64,000 nt of DNA from NCBI GenBank assembly GCA_963719515.1, contig CAVRCJ010000003.1, forward strand, positions 448,001-512,000, read 5' to 3'. This DNA is from an uncultured cyanobacterium (GTDB lineage: Bacteria; Cyanobacteriota; Cyanobacteriia; CAKZMO01). Within the stretch, counting starts at the first letter, position 1. The number at the start of each line of letters is the position of its first letter. The position numbers and the translations under genes were made by a program. The notes under the pieces are model-generated. The model was not told where the DNA came from. It searched no databases and saw only the letters and a program-made list of their open reading frames with translations. Below, piece by piece: positions 39,666 to 49,553 of this stretch.

Positions 39666-39732
39666 CCTCAACGCCCGGAGCCCCGTCACCAGGCCATTCC
39701 GGCAGGCGTCGCCTCCACGGCCCCCCGCTTCG

Positions 39733-41466
39733 CTATACTCCTTTGTCCGCCAATGCTTCGAGCTGCTTTGCCGCTTTCTCGACGGCCTCATACTGGCGCT
39801 TAATCGGCTCTACCGCCGCTGCCTCCCGCTGTACGGTGTCGAAAAACGGCACAAACAGCCGCTCGATCTCTTCGTACACGACGTTCAACTTCGACGTCAG
39901 GCGATCGCTGATGTCGTCCTTGAACCTGCTGCGCTCATTATCTAGCGCCCGATCAAACTTGCGGATGACCTGGTTGCGCTGCCACAGCAGCCCCATGCCC
40001 AGCACCAGCACCCCTACCCCAGCAAAGGCAATGCCGATGGCGTTCAAGATCACTTCGCCGATGGCAAACTCAACGGCATGGAGAATGATGCCCGTGATCG
40101 CTGCAAATGCGCCTCCCACAACCTCTACCGCAATTTCGTCCGCGTCTGCCACCAGGGAGTTAATCATCCGCTCATCCGTAAGCAGGTCGTCCAGCTTGCG
40201 GCGAATATCTTCGATCACCTCCTGCCGCCGCTCTAGCACCTTGATAGTGATGCGATCGCCCACCAGGTTTTGCCGGGCCTGAAGCTCGTCTAGCTCCTGG
40301 GCTAGGCCGTCTAGCAGCTGATAGATGCCGTCCATGAAGTGCTTAGCCCCTTCGTTAGAGGTCTCTTCTAGGGAAGAGCTGAGCTGCTGCTGGCAGTAGG
40401 TCTTAAACTCGTCTACCCAAGCCTGGATAGACTGGTCCTTATTAAAAATGCCGAGGAACGATCGCTTGGTGAGCATCAGCACCGAGAAGCTGTCGCGGAA
40501 ATCTTGCTTGATGCGGGTGGCGATGCGGTCATAGCGGGCCAGCAGCCGGTCAGCTAGGCTCTCTACTTCGTAGAGCGATCGCGATCTGGCGGCGCTGATC
40601 TTACTGTGGATAGTCTCCACCGCCCGGATGTCGCGGGCCAGCTGCTCGTCTAGCAGCGCCACGTCTTCCGCCAGTCGCTCTACGATGCGGGTGGTGGTGG
40701 TGCTTGTGGAGCTGAGCTTGAGGCGGTAGCTTTCGCCGCTGGTCACCATGCGGTAGATGTAGTCCCGTACGGCAATAAAGCCGCTGTGCTCGGTATCACC
40801 CTCTTGCTCTTGCTCCGCAGAGGTCGCAAACACTGTGGGGTCGTCGATCTGCTTTTGGCGGGCAAGCTCCTTGACCCGCTCAACGTTGCGCAGCAGGTCG
40901 TCGGGCTTTACCAGATCTGCCTGCTGCAGAATGAATACCACCTTTTTGCGCCAGTCCGCGTTGACGTAGTCTAGAAGGGTCCAGGTGCTCTGCTGGTAAG
41001 GATTTTTGGCAAAGAAGACAAAAAACACCAGGTCGCTGTTGGGAATATAGCTCTCGGTAATCGTTTGGTGCTGCTCGACGATGGTGTTGGTTCCCGGCGT
41101 GTCTACGATAGAGATATCTTTCAAAATTTCAATGGGGCGGCCAACCTTCTTGATGTGTGGCCCTACAGCCTGCTCAAAGGATTGCTCAGCAAAAATGATT
41201 TGCTGCACGGTATCGGTGCAGGGCTCGACGTCGGTGCCGCAGACTTCGGCCCCCAAAAGGGCATTGACGAAGCTGCTCTTTCCCGCCTTGACCTCGCCTA
41301 CAACAACAAATAAGAACGGCTCACTGATGGTCTGCTGTAGGCCTTTTACGGTGCCCTGCAGCTCACTGTTTTCCAGGGCGATCGCCAGTCCATGAAGATT
41401 CTGCAGCAGGTCGTCCAGCTTTTGCTGATACCGCTGTAGCTGCTGATTGATGACGGGGCGGCTCAT
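39733..41466 (-). CDS. Bacterial dynamin-like GTPase
   Basis: GEVKAGKSS, T at G2 (PCTD), DTPG, QQAD; long helical region with a C-terminal hydrophobic paddle. Confidence 0.85.
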   Translation of the reverse strand: MSRPVINQQLQRYQQKLDDLLQNLHGLAIALENSELQGTVKGLQQTISEPFLFVVVGEVKAGKSSFVNALLGAEVCGTDVEPCTDTVQQIIFAEQSFEQAVGPHIKKVGRPIEILKDISIVDTPGTNTIVEQHQTITESYIPNSDLVFFVFFAKNPYQQSTWTLLDYVNADWRKKVVFILQQADLVKPDDLLRNVERVKELARQKQIDDPTVFATSAEQEQEGDTEHSGFIAVRDYIYRMVTSGESYRLKLSSTSTTTTRIVERLAEDVALLDEQLARDIRAVETIHSKISAARSRSLYEVESLADRLLARYDRIATRIKQDFRDSFSVLMLTKRSFLGIFNKDQSIQAWVDEFKTYCQQQLSSSLEETSNEGAKHFMDGIYQLLDGLAQELDELQARQNLVGDRITIKVLERRQEVIEDIRRKLDDLLTDERMINSLVADADEIAVEVVGGAFAAITGIILHAVEFAIGEVILNAIGIAFAGVGVLVLGMGLLWQRNQVIRKFDRALDNERSRFKDDISDRLTSKLNVVYEEIERLFVPFFDTVQREAAAVEPIKRQYEAVEKAAKQLEALADKGV

Positions 41467-41615
41467 GGAAACTCCTTAATGACCATCACGGGTGACGGGC
41501 TAACGCTCGCTCACAGGCGCACTCTAGCCTAAGGTAATTCGGCAGAGCGTATGCGATCGTACTAAAACGGTCACACTAACTAAGATGGACAGTCGCTGAG
41601 GATTCGTCAATCTGT

Positions 41616-41645
41616 CTTCGGTGGTGGCTTCGGTGGTGGCTTCGG
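41616..41645. repeat. Tandem 12-bp repeat, 2.5 copies
   Basis: CTTCGGTGGTGG x2 plus CTTCGG. Confidence 0.75.
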
Positions 41646-41694
41646 CTGAAAACCATCAACGCGATACCGCACCGGTACCTGAACGCAGTGAAGT

Positions 41695-42357
41695 CTAGCG
41701 CTCAATCAAGATGCCGTAGAGCCCAGCAGCGATCGCCCCTTCGTAGTCTTGGGAAGCGCTGTCGCCAATGTGCCAAGCTTTCTCAGGCGGGCAACCGTGC
41801 TTCTTGAGCGCGGCTGCAAAAATGTCGCCGCTGGGCTTGGCGGCCCCCACATCGGTAGAGATGGTTATCGAATCGAAAAAGCGGTCTAGGCCCAGGGCAG
41901 GCAGCACGTGGTAGAGGCGGGAGTCAAAGTTAGAGATCACCCCCAGCTCGATGCCTTGGCGCTGCCAGGCCTCAAGGGCTACCGGTACATCGGGGTAAAC
42001 GATCCAGGGCTCCGCCGTCGCGAAGTGGCGATAGAGGTCGTCAAAAAAGTCATCGAACTGGCTGAACTGGTCTAGCAAGTTGAGCCGTTTGAAGGTGTCT
42101 TGGGCAACCTGCTTCCACCAGACGAATTCCTTCTCAGGGATGACGGCCCGCTCAGCCTTGGGAAATGCCATAGGGGGCGCGGCCCCAAAGCTCTCAAAGA
42201 AGGCCTGCTCCAACGCCTCCGCCTCTGCCACGATGCCAAATGAGCGAGCAAGGGCACTATAAACCTCGCCAACGCCGCCTTTAACGCCAAAGAGCGTACC
42301 AACGCCGTCAAGAAAGATAGTTTGGGGAGTCGGGCGAATCGAGTTGGCGGTAGCCAT
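41695..42357 (-). CDS. HAD-IA family hydrolase
   Basis: FLDGVGTL, ISNFD, KP and HIGDS...D. Confidence 0.9.
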   Translation of the reverse strand: MATANSIRPTPQTIFLDGVGTLFGVKGGVGEVYSALARSFGIVAEAEALEQAFFESFGAAPPMAFPKAERAVIPEKEFVWWKQVAQDTFKRLNLLDQFSQFDDFFDDLYRHFATAEPWIVYPDVPVALEAWQRQGIELGVISNFDSRLYHVLPALGLDRFFDSITISTDVGAAKPSGDIFAAALKKHGCPPEKAWHIGDSASQDYEGAIAAGLYGILIER

Positions 42358-42395
42358 TCAGCAGTGGCGGTCTGCGGTGAGCCTCTACAGCGCTT

Positions 42396-43589
42396 CTAGA
42401 GAGCCAGCAGATCGCGTATAGGTCGGGTAACCCAGTTTAGACCGACCTTGACCTGGTGATCAAGCGTTGGCATTCGGTAGAGGTAGGCCAGCCGACGCGC
42501 CACGTGGGCCATTGGACCTTCTAGAGTGACGCCTAGCCCCGTCAGCGTGGCATTGTCCGTACCCAGAGACAGCATTTCTCCTAGATGTTGGTAGCGGAAC
42601 GGCAGCAGGGGCCGTCCCGTAGCCGACGCCCAAATATTCCAGGCGGCGAACTGCGCCTCCTGCAGCGCGGCCTGGGCGGTAATAGGGACGAGATCGCCGG
42701 AGGCATCGTGAGTGACAGCCACATCTCCCAAGGCAAAGATTTCGGGGTGATTTCGAGTTTGTAGCGTTGGGGTTGTCAGCAGCTTTTGCTGCTCGTTTTT
42801 CTCCAAAGGCATATGGGTCACCATGTCGCTCACTTTCGTGCCCACGGTCCACAGCACCACATCCACGGGAATTTCGTCCACCTGCCCCCGATACTCTAGG
42901 GAGATGCTTTCGGCCTCGACTTGGCTCACCTTGGTTTCTGTGTCAATCCACACCTTGCGGTCTTCCAGCGCCTTGTTGGCAGCGGCGCGGTTGAACTCCG
43001 TAGACGAGCCTAAAATCTTATCGCTTAGCTCGATGATGCGGACCCGGCCCCGCTCCCCTAGCCTATCCGACAGCTTACAGGCTAGCTCTACGCCGCTGTA
43101 CCCGCCGCCCACCACAGCAACGCGGATGCGATCGCGCTCCGATTCTTCAAGCTGCTGAATCTTTTGTTTCAGCCGATAGGCATCGTCCACGGAGCGAAAA
43201 GGCAGCGCGTGGTCTGCTGCCCCGGGGACAATATCCAGCGGTGTTTCGCCACCTAAAGCCAGCACTAAGTAGTCGTAGGGACGGGGGTCCGCGCCGTTGA
43301 AGTAGACCATCCGGTTATCTACGTCTACGCCAGCGACGGAGAGCTGCTGAAACTGAACGCAGGTATTGGCCAGCAGGTCAACGTACAGCGGCGCAATTTC
43401 CCAAGTTTCTAGCTCGCCGGTGAGCAGCTCATAGAGCAGGGGAGCAAACACAAAGCGATCGCGCTGATCGGCGAGCAGGATACTGGGCTTTTCCTCCCAG
43501 GCCAGCTCGTCAATTTTCAGGGCGGCGTAGAGGCCAGCAAAACCACCGCCTAAAATCACGACGCGGGGAGACGATGCGGGTTGAGTCAT
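42396..43589 (-). CDS. Type II NAD(P)H dehydrogenase family flavoprotein (NdbB/NDC1-like)
   Basis: GGGFAG, F.F.PLLYELL, GGGYSGVELA, FALGD and TAQAA.Q. Confidence 0.85.
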   Translation of the reverse strand: MTQPASSPRVVILGGGFAGLYAALKIDELAWEEKPSILLADQRDRFVFAPLLYELLTGELETWEIAPLYVDLLANTCVQFQQLSVAGVDVDNRMVYFNGADPRPYDYLVLALGGETPLDIVPGAADHALPFRSVDDAYRLKQKIQQLEESERDRIRVAVVGGGYSGVELACKLSDRLGERGRVRIIELSDKILGSSTEFNRAAANKALEDRKVWIDTETKVSQVEAESISLEYRGQVDEIPVDVVLWTVGTKVSDMVTHMPLEKNEQQKLLTTPTLQTRNHPEIFALGDVAVTHDASGDLVPITAQAALQEAQFAAWNIWASATGRPLLPFRYQHLGEMLSLGTDNATLTGLGVTLEGPMAHVARRLAYLYRMPTLDHQVKVGLNWVTRPIRDLLAL

Positions 43590-43756
43590 AGGAGCCAAGG
43601 GGGGAGTGCAGAGTGCTGGTAACGCGGCGATTTGCCACTGGTAAAGGCTGAATCTTCTCAATCTTTAAGATAACAAGTCCAAGCAAAACTGCACCTCAGA
43701 TGCTTATGCCAAAGGGTACAAAGTTCCCCAAGAGTCTCGCAAGCAGAGCGCCAAGA

Positions 43757-44293
43757 TCAAAGTCCTAGATCCTGAGCCGCCAGGCGAATTTGCTCTAGCC
43801 GCCGCCGATTGACCCCTAGGTCAGACTCCCCCACGCGAGCGGCTGAGCGCATGTGAATCACGGTCTCATCAGAAGGAAAGTAGAATTCCACGTCGTCTAC
43901 AAATCCCATCAACCGACTGCTGGATTCAGCCCGGATGTAGTTCTCTGTGCGCTCCACAATAGTTGTGCGAGGGACCACAGACAGAACGTCAATCAGCGTT
44001 GTATAGGCGTTCTCCTGCGGAATTTGGTAGGAGAGAGGAGCGATCGCATGGTCAGGGTCGGGGGTCTGGCTGACGACGCAATTGGGTGAGTCAGGGCAAG
44101 GCAACAGGGCTCCGTTCTCAAGGCCTAGCGGCTTGGGAGTGCCGGCGAATACCCTTTTGAGCCCTGGCAAAGCGGCTAGAGACGGCGTGTGAAGGGCGGC
44201 CTGTCGGGACAGGTCCGTGGGGTCATCGGCTAGGCCCGCCACAGGGCCTGTGATGGCGATTAGTCCTACGAGAATCCAGGCAAAAATTTGCAT
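43757..44293 (-). CDS. DUF1499 family protein
   Basis: CPDSPNCVVSQ, GFVDDVEF and RSA.R.G.SDLGVNR.R. Confidence 0.9.
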   Translation of the reverse strand: MQIFAWILVGLIAITGPVAGLADDPTDLSRQAALHTPSLAALPGLKRVFAGTPKPLGLENGALLPCPDSPNCVVSQTPDPDHAIAPLSYQIPQENAYTTLIDVLSVVPRTTIVERTENYIRAESSSRLMGFVDDVEFYFPSDETVIHMRSAARVGESDLGVNRRRLEQIRLAAQDLGL

Positions 44294-44567
44294 GATTGCG
44301 ATTTTAAAATTACAGCTTATTGCTCAGTCACAATCAATGGTAGTGGATTCCGGCAAGCGGGTTTAATAGTGACGTGTGATGCCAGTCTGATGAAACTTAG
44401 GTGAAACCTCTCCCCATAATTTTGCGTCAATTGGGACAACCCTTTGTCTCCCATCGATAGTAATTTAGAGTACAGATCGCCCGATATTACGCCGTTAGGG
44501 TAATGCTCATCGTCGTCAAAAGTTTTTACAATCACTATCATCGTGCGTCTCCGTAGCTCCCAAAATT

Positions 44568-46100
44568 ATGAAACGTATTCGCCTCTTTATTGCTGCAACA
44601 CTCTTCATTTTTACGCTGGTCACAGTGCTGTTTTTACAGCCGGAGAGGACTAAGCTGGCATCAGCCTTCGTGCGATCGCAGCTAAATTTGGGAGAGACGC
44701 TGACGGACGAGCTTGTTCTAGCGGAAACCTCCCGCGCTGCTCGAGCGGGCGCGGGCGTCCAGCGTACGATGCAGTGGCTGCATACCAGTACCCCAGAGCA
44801 TCCCAACACAGTCCGCATTCTGATTTACGGCCAGTCTATTAGCAAGCAAAGCTGGTGGCTCGATGTGGCCGACAATTTAAACAGCCGGTTTCCTTCTGCA
44901 AATGTATTAATTGAAAATCGCGCCATCGGGGGCTTTGACAGCTCTAGGCTAATTCGTACAGCCGAACACGATTTATATTCTTTCTATCCTGATTTACTGC
45001 TCTTCCACGTCTACGGTAGCGAAGAAGATTACGAGTCAATTATCGCTAGGCTCCGGGCGCAAACGACAGCAGAGATAATGCTGATTTCTGACCACATTAC
45101 GTGGCTCCCTTCGGGCACCTCTGAAGATAGTTTTGATGAGCTCAAGCGCTTTCAATGGCATAACCAGCATTCTTTGGAGTGGCTCCCGGCGATCGCCGAC
45201 AAATATGGCTGTGAGCTGTTAGAGCTCCGTGCCCCTTGGACGGCCTATCTCACAGAAAACTCTCTTGAGCCCCAAGACTTACTGAAAGACCAGGTTCACC
45301 TCAACGAGCGCGGCAGCGAGCTGATGGCGTCTTTGATTGAAAAGCGCCTGACCTATGATCCATCGCTGAGCCCCGCGCTGCCTGCAACCACCGTCCAGTT
45401 TCAAAAGACTTTTCCCCCATCCCAGTGGCGCGACGGCAAATTCGAGGCGACGTTTGAGGGCAACCGCGTCACCGCGTTTCTTCATCAGTCTGCTGCGTCG
45501 TCTCCCAAGGTTGAGTTTTTCATTGACGGCCAGCGACCCTCACAGTATCCAGACTCCTACGCCGTGACCCGCTCAAGCAACACCGTGGGCGTCGAGTGGC
45601 CCGCTATTTTGCAGGTTGGTCACCAAAACCCGCTGCTGCTCGAAGAGTGGAAGGCTGTGATTACCGAGATTGACGATCGGGCGGAAGCGTTTACCTTCAC
45701 GGTATTCGGCTCCCTAAGCGGGTTCGACGGCTCGGGCCGCAGCGACCAACCGTTTGTCTCAAATTCGGGACGGGTGGTGATCCAGCCTCAGGATTGGTGG
45801 CTAGCCAACGCCCAGCGGTTTTCCGAAGTGCCGACCCCAGAGGGCTTCCAAATTACCTGGGAGGTTGAGCCCCTATTTGCGGATGGGTATTTTTCTTCAG
45901 GCATCAATCCCGCCCCCAATCCCGCAGCTCTGACAGAGATCCTTGTGAGCCAGCACCTCGACAACGGCAGTCATACCTTGGAAATCGTGACCGATTCTCC
46001 CGATCTCGTCGCCGAAATTCGCACCGACCACCCGCCGTCGTTAGATGAAATTTCAGCGGCGTCAGCGAGACAAACTGCTAGCCCAGCTGCAGCGAGCTGA
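44568..46100 (+). CDS. SGNH/GDSL hydrolase-like secreted protein
   Basis: Block I-like YGQSIS, NRAIGG and D.VHLN..G; N-terminal TM/signal. Confidence 0.7.
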   Translation: MKRIRLFIAATLFIFTLVTVLFLQPERTKLASAFVRSQLNLGETLTDELVLAETSRAARAGAGVQRTMQWLHTSTPEHPNTVRILIYGQSISKQSWWLDVADNLNSRFPSANVLIENRAIGGFDSSRLIRTAEHDLYSFYPDLLLFHVYGSEEDYESIIARLRAQTTAEIMLISDHITWLPSGTSEDSFDELKRFQWHNQHSLEWLPAIADKYGCELLELRAPWTAYLTENSLEPQDLLKDQVHLNERGSELMASLIEKRLTYDPSLSPALPATTVQFQKTFPPSQWRDGKFEATFEGNRVTAFLHQSAASSPKVEFFIDGQRPSQYPDSYAVTRSSNTVGVEWPAILQVGHQNPLLLEEWKAVITEIDDRAEAFTFTVFGSLSGFDGSGRSDQPFVSNSGRVVIQPQDWWLANAQRFSEVPTPEGFQITWEVEPLFADGYFSSGINPAPNPAALTEILVSQHLDNGSHTLEIVTDSPDLVAEIRTDHPPSLDEISAASARQTASPAAAS

Positions 46101-46101
46101 G

Positions 46102-47175
46102 CTAGAGCGAATTGGAGTCGAGTATAGGCCTAATTGCGTTGATGGGGACTGCGAAGCCAAGCCCCTGAGTGCCCTCTAGCACCGCTGTATTGATGCCGAT
46201 GACCTCCCCCGATGCATTCAGCAGGGGGCCGCCAGAGCTGCCGGGGTTGATAGCCGCGTCGGTTTGAATGAATGGACCCGGACGATCCGTGAGCTGCAGC
46301 TCTTTCCCCTGACGATTGATGGCGCTGATGATGCCCACCGTCACGGTGTTGCTCAAACCCATAGGGCTTCCGATGGCGATCGCCCACTCTCCTGGCCGCA
46401 GGCGATTTGAGTCTCCGAGAGTAACGGCGGGATAGTCTCCCTCTGCCACGCGCACCAAAGCGACGTCGAGGCTGGGATTACGGTAGACTACCTGTCCCAT
46501 CAGCGGGCGGCCCTGCTGCAAAATAATTTGAGCCTGTGGGTTGTTGCCGACAACGTGGGCATTGGTCACAATCAGTCCATCGGAGCGAACGAACATGCCT
46601 GAGCCGGAAAACGGCGAGGCGGTCTGTGGACCAGCCTGCGGGACAGTAGGCGCTCCTGGCTGCGGCTGATAGCCTGCTGGCCGAGCCACTGGGCGCACCT
46701 GAACAATGGCCGGACTAATATATTCAACTAGATCTGCGATTGAAGCGGGCGGGTGGAAAGCGTCAGGCGGCAGAGGATGGGGGGCTGTGGTGGGTGCAGG
46801 TGCACGAGGGGCAGTGACTTGGGGAGCCGCAATCTGGGGAGCAGCTTGAGGAGTGATGGCCTGAGGAATATCGCCCTGAACAGGGGACGACGGCAGGGGG
46901 GACATCGGGGCCGCTGTGGAAGGGCTGGGGAGGGGTGATGGGGCGGCTTTAGGCAAATTGAGCGATGCAGCCTCACGCCTGGGCTCTGCTGGCCGGGGTG
47001 CCGTAGTGCTGCGATCGCTCAGCAGTACCACAGCGGCGACGACGACAAGACAGTAGAGGAGCCGCGCGGCGGGAGTCGCCACAGGCACGGCAGAAGGCTT
47101 ACCTTGAGTCGTTCTCATCTGAGGCTCTGGCGGCTTTGATGGCGGACGAGATGACGGCTGAGGCGAATACGTCAT
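46102..47175 (-). CDS. Deg/HtrA-like trypsin serine protease lacking a PDZ domain
   Basis: GSG, TNAHVV, DVALV and [16 protein letters not shown]; ends right after GLGFAVP; Pro-rich linker and TM helix. Confidence 0.85.
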   Translation of the reverse strand: MTYSPQPSSRPPSKPPEPQMRTTQGKPSAVPVATPAARLLYCLVVVAAVVLLSDRSTTAPRPAEPRREAASLNLPKAAPSPLPSPSTAAPMSPLPSSPVQGDIPQAITPQAAPQIAAPQVTAPRAPAPTTAPHPLPPDAFHPPASIADLVEYISPAIVQVRPVARPAGYQPQPGAPTVPQAGPQTASPFSGSGMFVRSDGLIVTNAHVVGNNPQAQIILQQGRPLMGQVVYRNPSLDVALVRVAEGDYPAVTLGDSNRLRPGEWAIAIGSPMGLSNTVTVGIISAINRQGKELQLTDRPGPFIQTDAAINPGSSGGPLLNASGEVIGINTAVLEGTQGLGFAVPINAIRPILDSNSL

Positions 47176-47456
47176 AGGTCAGTCGGCAACCCAAGATAAG
47201 TATATCAGTACCATAGCGCAGCGCCAACCGTTCCGGCAACTGCTGTTTGCCGAATGCCCTGGACTCCTCTACCGGAGGGACATTGCGGCGCATCTCCTAA
47301 TCTATTGCAGCCCCGCCGAGGATTTCGACCCGGAAAACCATCCCGTAAGATCACGGAAATTTCGCTAAAATGAGCCTGCACTTTTCAGCAATTCCCCGTA
47401 CTAATTTCCGTAATTTTAACGACGTAGAATGCTGTCAAAAGCGCCACAATAGATTC

Positions 47457-47590
47457 AACTGCTAAAGAACACATCCAAGCGGTCAAGCAACTGAGGGGGC
47501 ATTGTTGCTTCTGTCCGTCCCTGGATGAGTTACTTAAGCCAGAAGCCTGGTCATCCTGGGGGCTTATCAGAGACCAGGCTTTTTTCTTTT
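47457..47590 (+). ncRNA. Candidate small RNA with intrinsic terminator
   Basis: Long irregular hairpin 47461-47539, then terminator AAGCCTGGTC/GACCAGGCTT + T-tract; CACAAT -10-like at 47445. Confidence 0.55.
47543..47590 (+). terminator. Rho-independent terminator
   Basis: 10-bp stem followed by TTTTCTTTT. Confidence 0.75.
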
Positions 47591-47789
47591 AAACTTTTAA
47601 ACTGCTTTGGCCCTGAGGGGGCTTTAGCTCGCTGCCCTATAGGTATTGAAGCAGCTATTTGAGCCTAGTTCTAGGGTGGGCCAGTACGGAAAGCCGTCTA
47701 CTGTCGGGCAAAGTGAGCAGAGTCGAAGCCGCTAGAATTGTGGGACAAGCTCGCGTAGCGTAGTGTCTCTCACGATTAGACTCAGAGCA

Positions 47790-48956
47790 ATGCAGAAAAA
47801 ACGTTTGGTTCGATTGTTTGCGGTAGTGCTGGGCGCGCTGCTGATATTGCCGGCGGTAGCCCTAGCGCCAGCGCAGGCTTCTCCCTTGCTGCCTTTGAGG
47901 CCAGGTCCGGCTCTGCTAGCTCAAATTCCGCAAAATCAGAATTTTGTCGCTAGCGCCGTTGAGACGGTGGGCAAGGCTGTCGTTCGCATCGACACGGAGC
48001 GGACGGTAACGCGCCGCTCTAGCAATCCCCTTTTTGAGGATCCCTTCTTTCGCCCGTTCTTCGGTGACCAGATGCAGGTCAATCCGTCTTTTGAGCAGCG
48101 GTTGAGGGGCCAGGGTTCGGGCTTCATCATCGATGGCGATGGCCTCATCTTGACCAATGCCCACGTGGTTGATCGGGCAGACCGGGTCAGCGTTCGGCTC
48201 AAGGACGGTCGCACCTTCAACGGTGAGGTGCTGGGGGCAGATGAGGTGACTGACCTGGCGGTGGTGCGTATCGTCGGTAGCTCTGACCTACCCGTGGCGT
48301 CGCTGGGAGATTCGGACCAGGTGAATGTAGGAGACTGGGCGATCGCCGTCGGTAATCCTCTCGGTCTTGACAACACCGTGACGCTGGGGATTGTGAGCAC
48401 TCTCAATCGATCCAGCAGCGCCGTGGGCATTCCCGATAAGCGGCTGGAGTTTATTCAGACCGATGCGGCCATCAATCCGGGCAACTCCGGAGGCCCACTG
48501 CTGAACGATCGCGGTCAGGTCATCGGCGTCAACACCGCCATTCGCGCTAACGCTAACGGTATCGGCTTTGCCATCCCTATCAATAAGGTAAAGGAAATCA
48601 CCCCTCAGCTGGCGCGAGGTGAGCAGGTGGAGCATCCCTACATCGGGGTGCAAATTGCCACGCTGACGCCACGAATTGCGCAGGACAATAACAGCGACCC
48701 CAATTCGACGGTAGTGCTCCCTGAGGTAAACGGGGTGCTCGTCACCGGGATTCAGCCCGGTACGCCCGCCGCCTCTTCGGGGCTTCGTCGAGGAGATGTC
48801 ATTGTGTCCATCGACGGCCAAGCGGTGACTTCTGCAGCAGACCTGCAAAACCGCGTCGACGATGCCCAGGTGGGTCAAAATCTACAGCTGCAGGTCCGCC
48901 GAGGAGAGCAGGCGGTTCGCATATCGGTGAGAACAGCGAACCTAGAGAACACCTAG
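47790..48956 (+). CDS. hhoA: HhoA/HtrA-family serine protease with PDZ domain
   Basis: [32 protein letters not shown] and C-terminal PDZ (PA...GLR.GDVI). Confidence 0.88.
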   Translation: MQKKRLVRLFAVVLGALLILPAVALAPAQASPLLPLRPGPALLAQIPQNQNFVASAVETVGKAVVRIDTERTVTRRSSNPLFEDPFFRPFFGDQMQVNPSFEQRLRGQGSGFIIDGDGLILTNAHVVDRADRVSVRLKDGRTFNGEVLGADEVTDLAVVRIVGSSDLPVASLGDSDQVNVGDWAIAVGNPLGLDNTVTLGIVSTLNRSSSAVGIPDKRLEFIQTDAAINPGNSGGPLLNDRGQVIGVNTAIRANANGIGFAIPINKVKEITPQLARGEQVEHPYIGVQIATLTPRIAQDNNSDPNSTVVLPEVNGVLVTGIQPGTPAASSGLRRGDVIVSIDGQAVTSAADLQNRVDDAQVGQNLQLQVRRGEQAVRISVRTANLENT

Positions 48957-49064
48957 AGCTTGCCCAAATCTTTACTCTTAGCTCCGTACATTCACTCTGA
49001 GTTTATGTAATCTATGAGACTTAAGGGTCACAATTAAGAGGAGTGTTGCACAGCTCGTCTCTCT

Positions 49065-49097
49065 AAATCCCGGCCTCACCGCCGGGATTTTCCTTTT
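49065..49097 (+). terminator. Intrinsic terminator between convergent genes
   Basis: AAATCCCGGC-N6-GCCGGGATTT followed by TCCTTTT. Confidence 0.7.
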
Positions 49098-49115
49098 CTG
49101 TGGGCAGGACTGTGG

Positions 49116-49391
49116 CTAGCCTCCGGCAACGGCGGGCACAATGCTAACTTCGTCGCCTTCGTTGAGTGCAGTCTTTTGCCCTTCTAAAAAGCGAATGTCT
49201 TCGCTGTTGACGTAGAAGTTGACAAAGCGCCGCAGCTTCCCCTCATCATCGCAGAGGCGGGACTTAATGCCGGGGCACTGCTGCTCTAAGGAATCGAGCA
49301 GCGATGAAATGTCGCCACCTTCACAGTCAACCGTGGCCTGGTTTTTGGTAAATTTTTGCAGCGGGGTGGGGATGAGAACTTTAACGGTCAT
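49116..49391 (-). CDS. MoaD/ThiS/CysO-like sulfur carrier protein
   Basis: V.IPT.L, FVNFYVN.EDIRFL and C-terminal PAVAGG. Confidence 0.92.
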   Translation of the reverse strand: MTVKVLIPTPLQKFTKNQATVDCEGGDISSLLDSLEQQCPGIKSRLCDDEGKLRRFVNFYVNSEDIRFLEGQKTALNEGDEVSIVPAVAGG

Positions 49392-49495
49392 GGATTTTTA
49401 TAGGTCAGAAAATTAGTGACTAGAAGAGTTTTAGGTTGAACCCATCGACGGTAATACGCGAAGGGCGTACGACGTCGGCGGTGTTGAACACGTTT

Positions 49496-49524
49496 GTAGG
49501 GACATGGCATCGCCATATCCCTAC
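49496..49524. repeat. GTAG-type REP-like palindrome
   Basis: GTAGGGACATGGC-ATC-GCCATATCCCTAC. Confidence 0.65.
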
Positions 49525-49553
49525 GAGGTTTGAAGGATGATATCGTCTGCGAT

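Noticed and set aside
49006..49020. NtcA-like GTA-N8-GAC driving an sRNA after hhoA
   Set aside because: Imperfect site with no -10 box at the expected ~22-nt distance; the hairpin is explained as a terminator.
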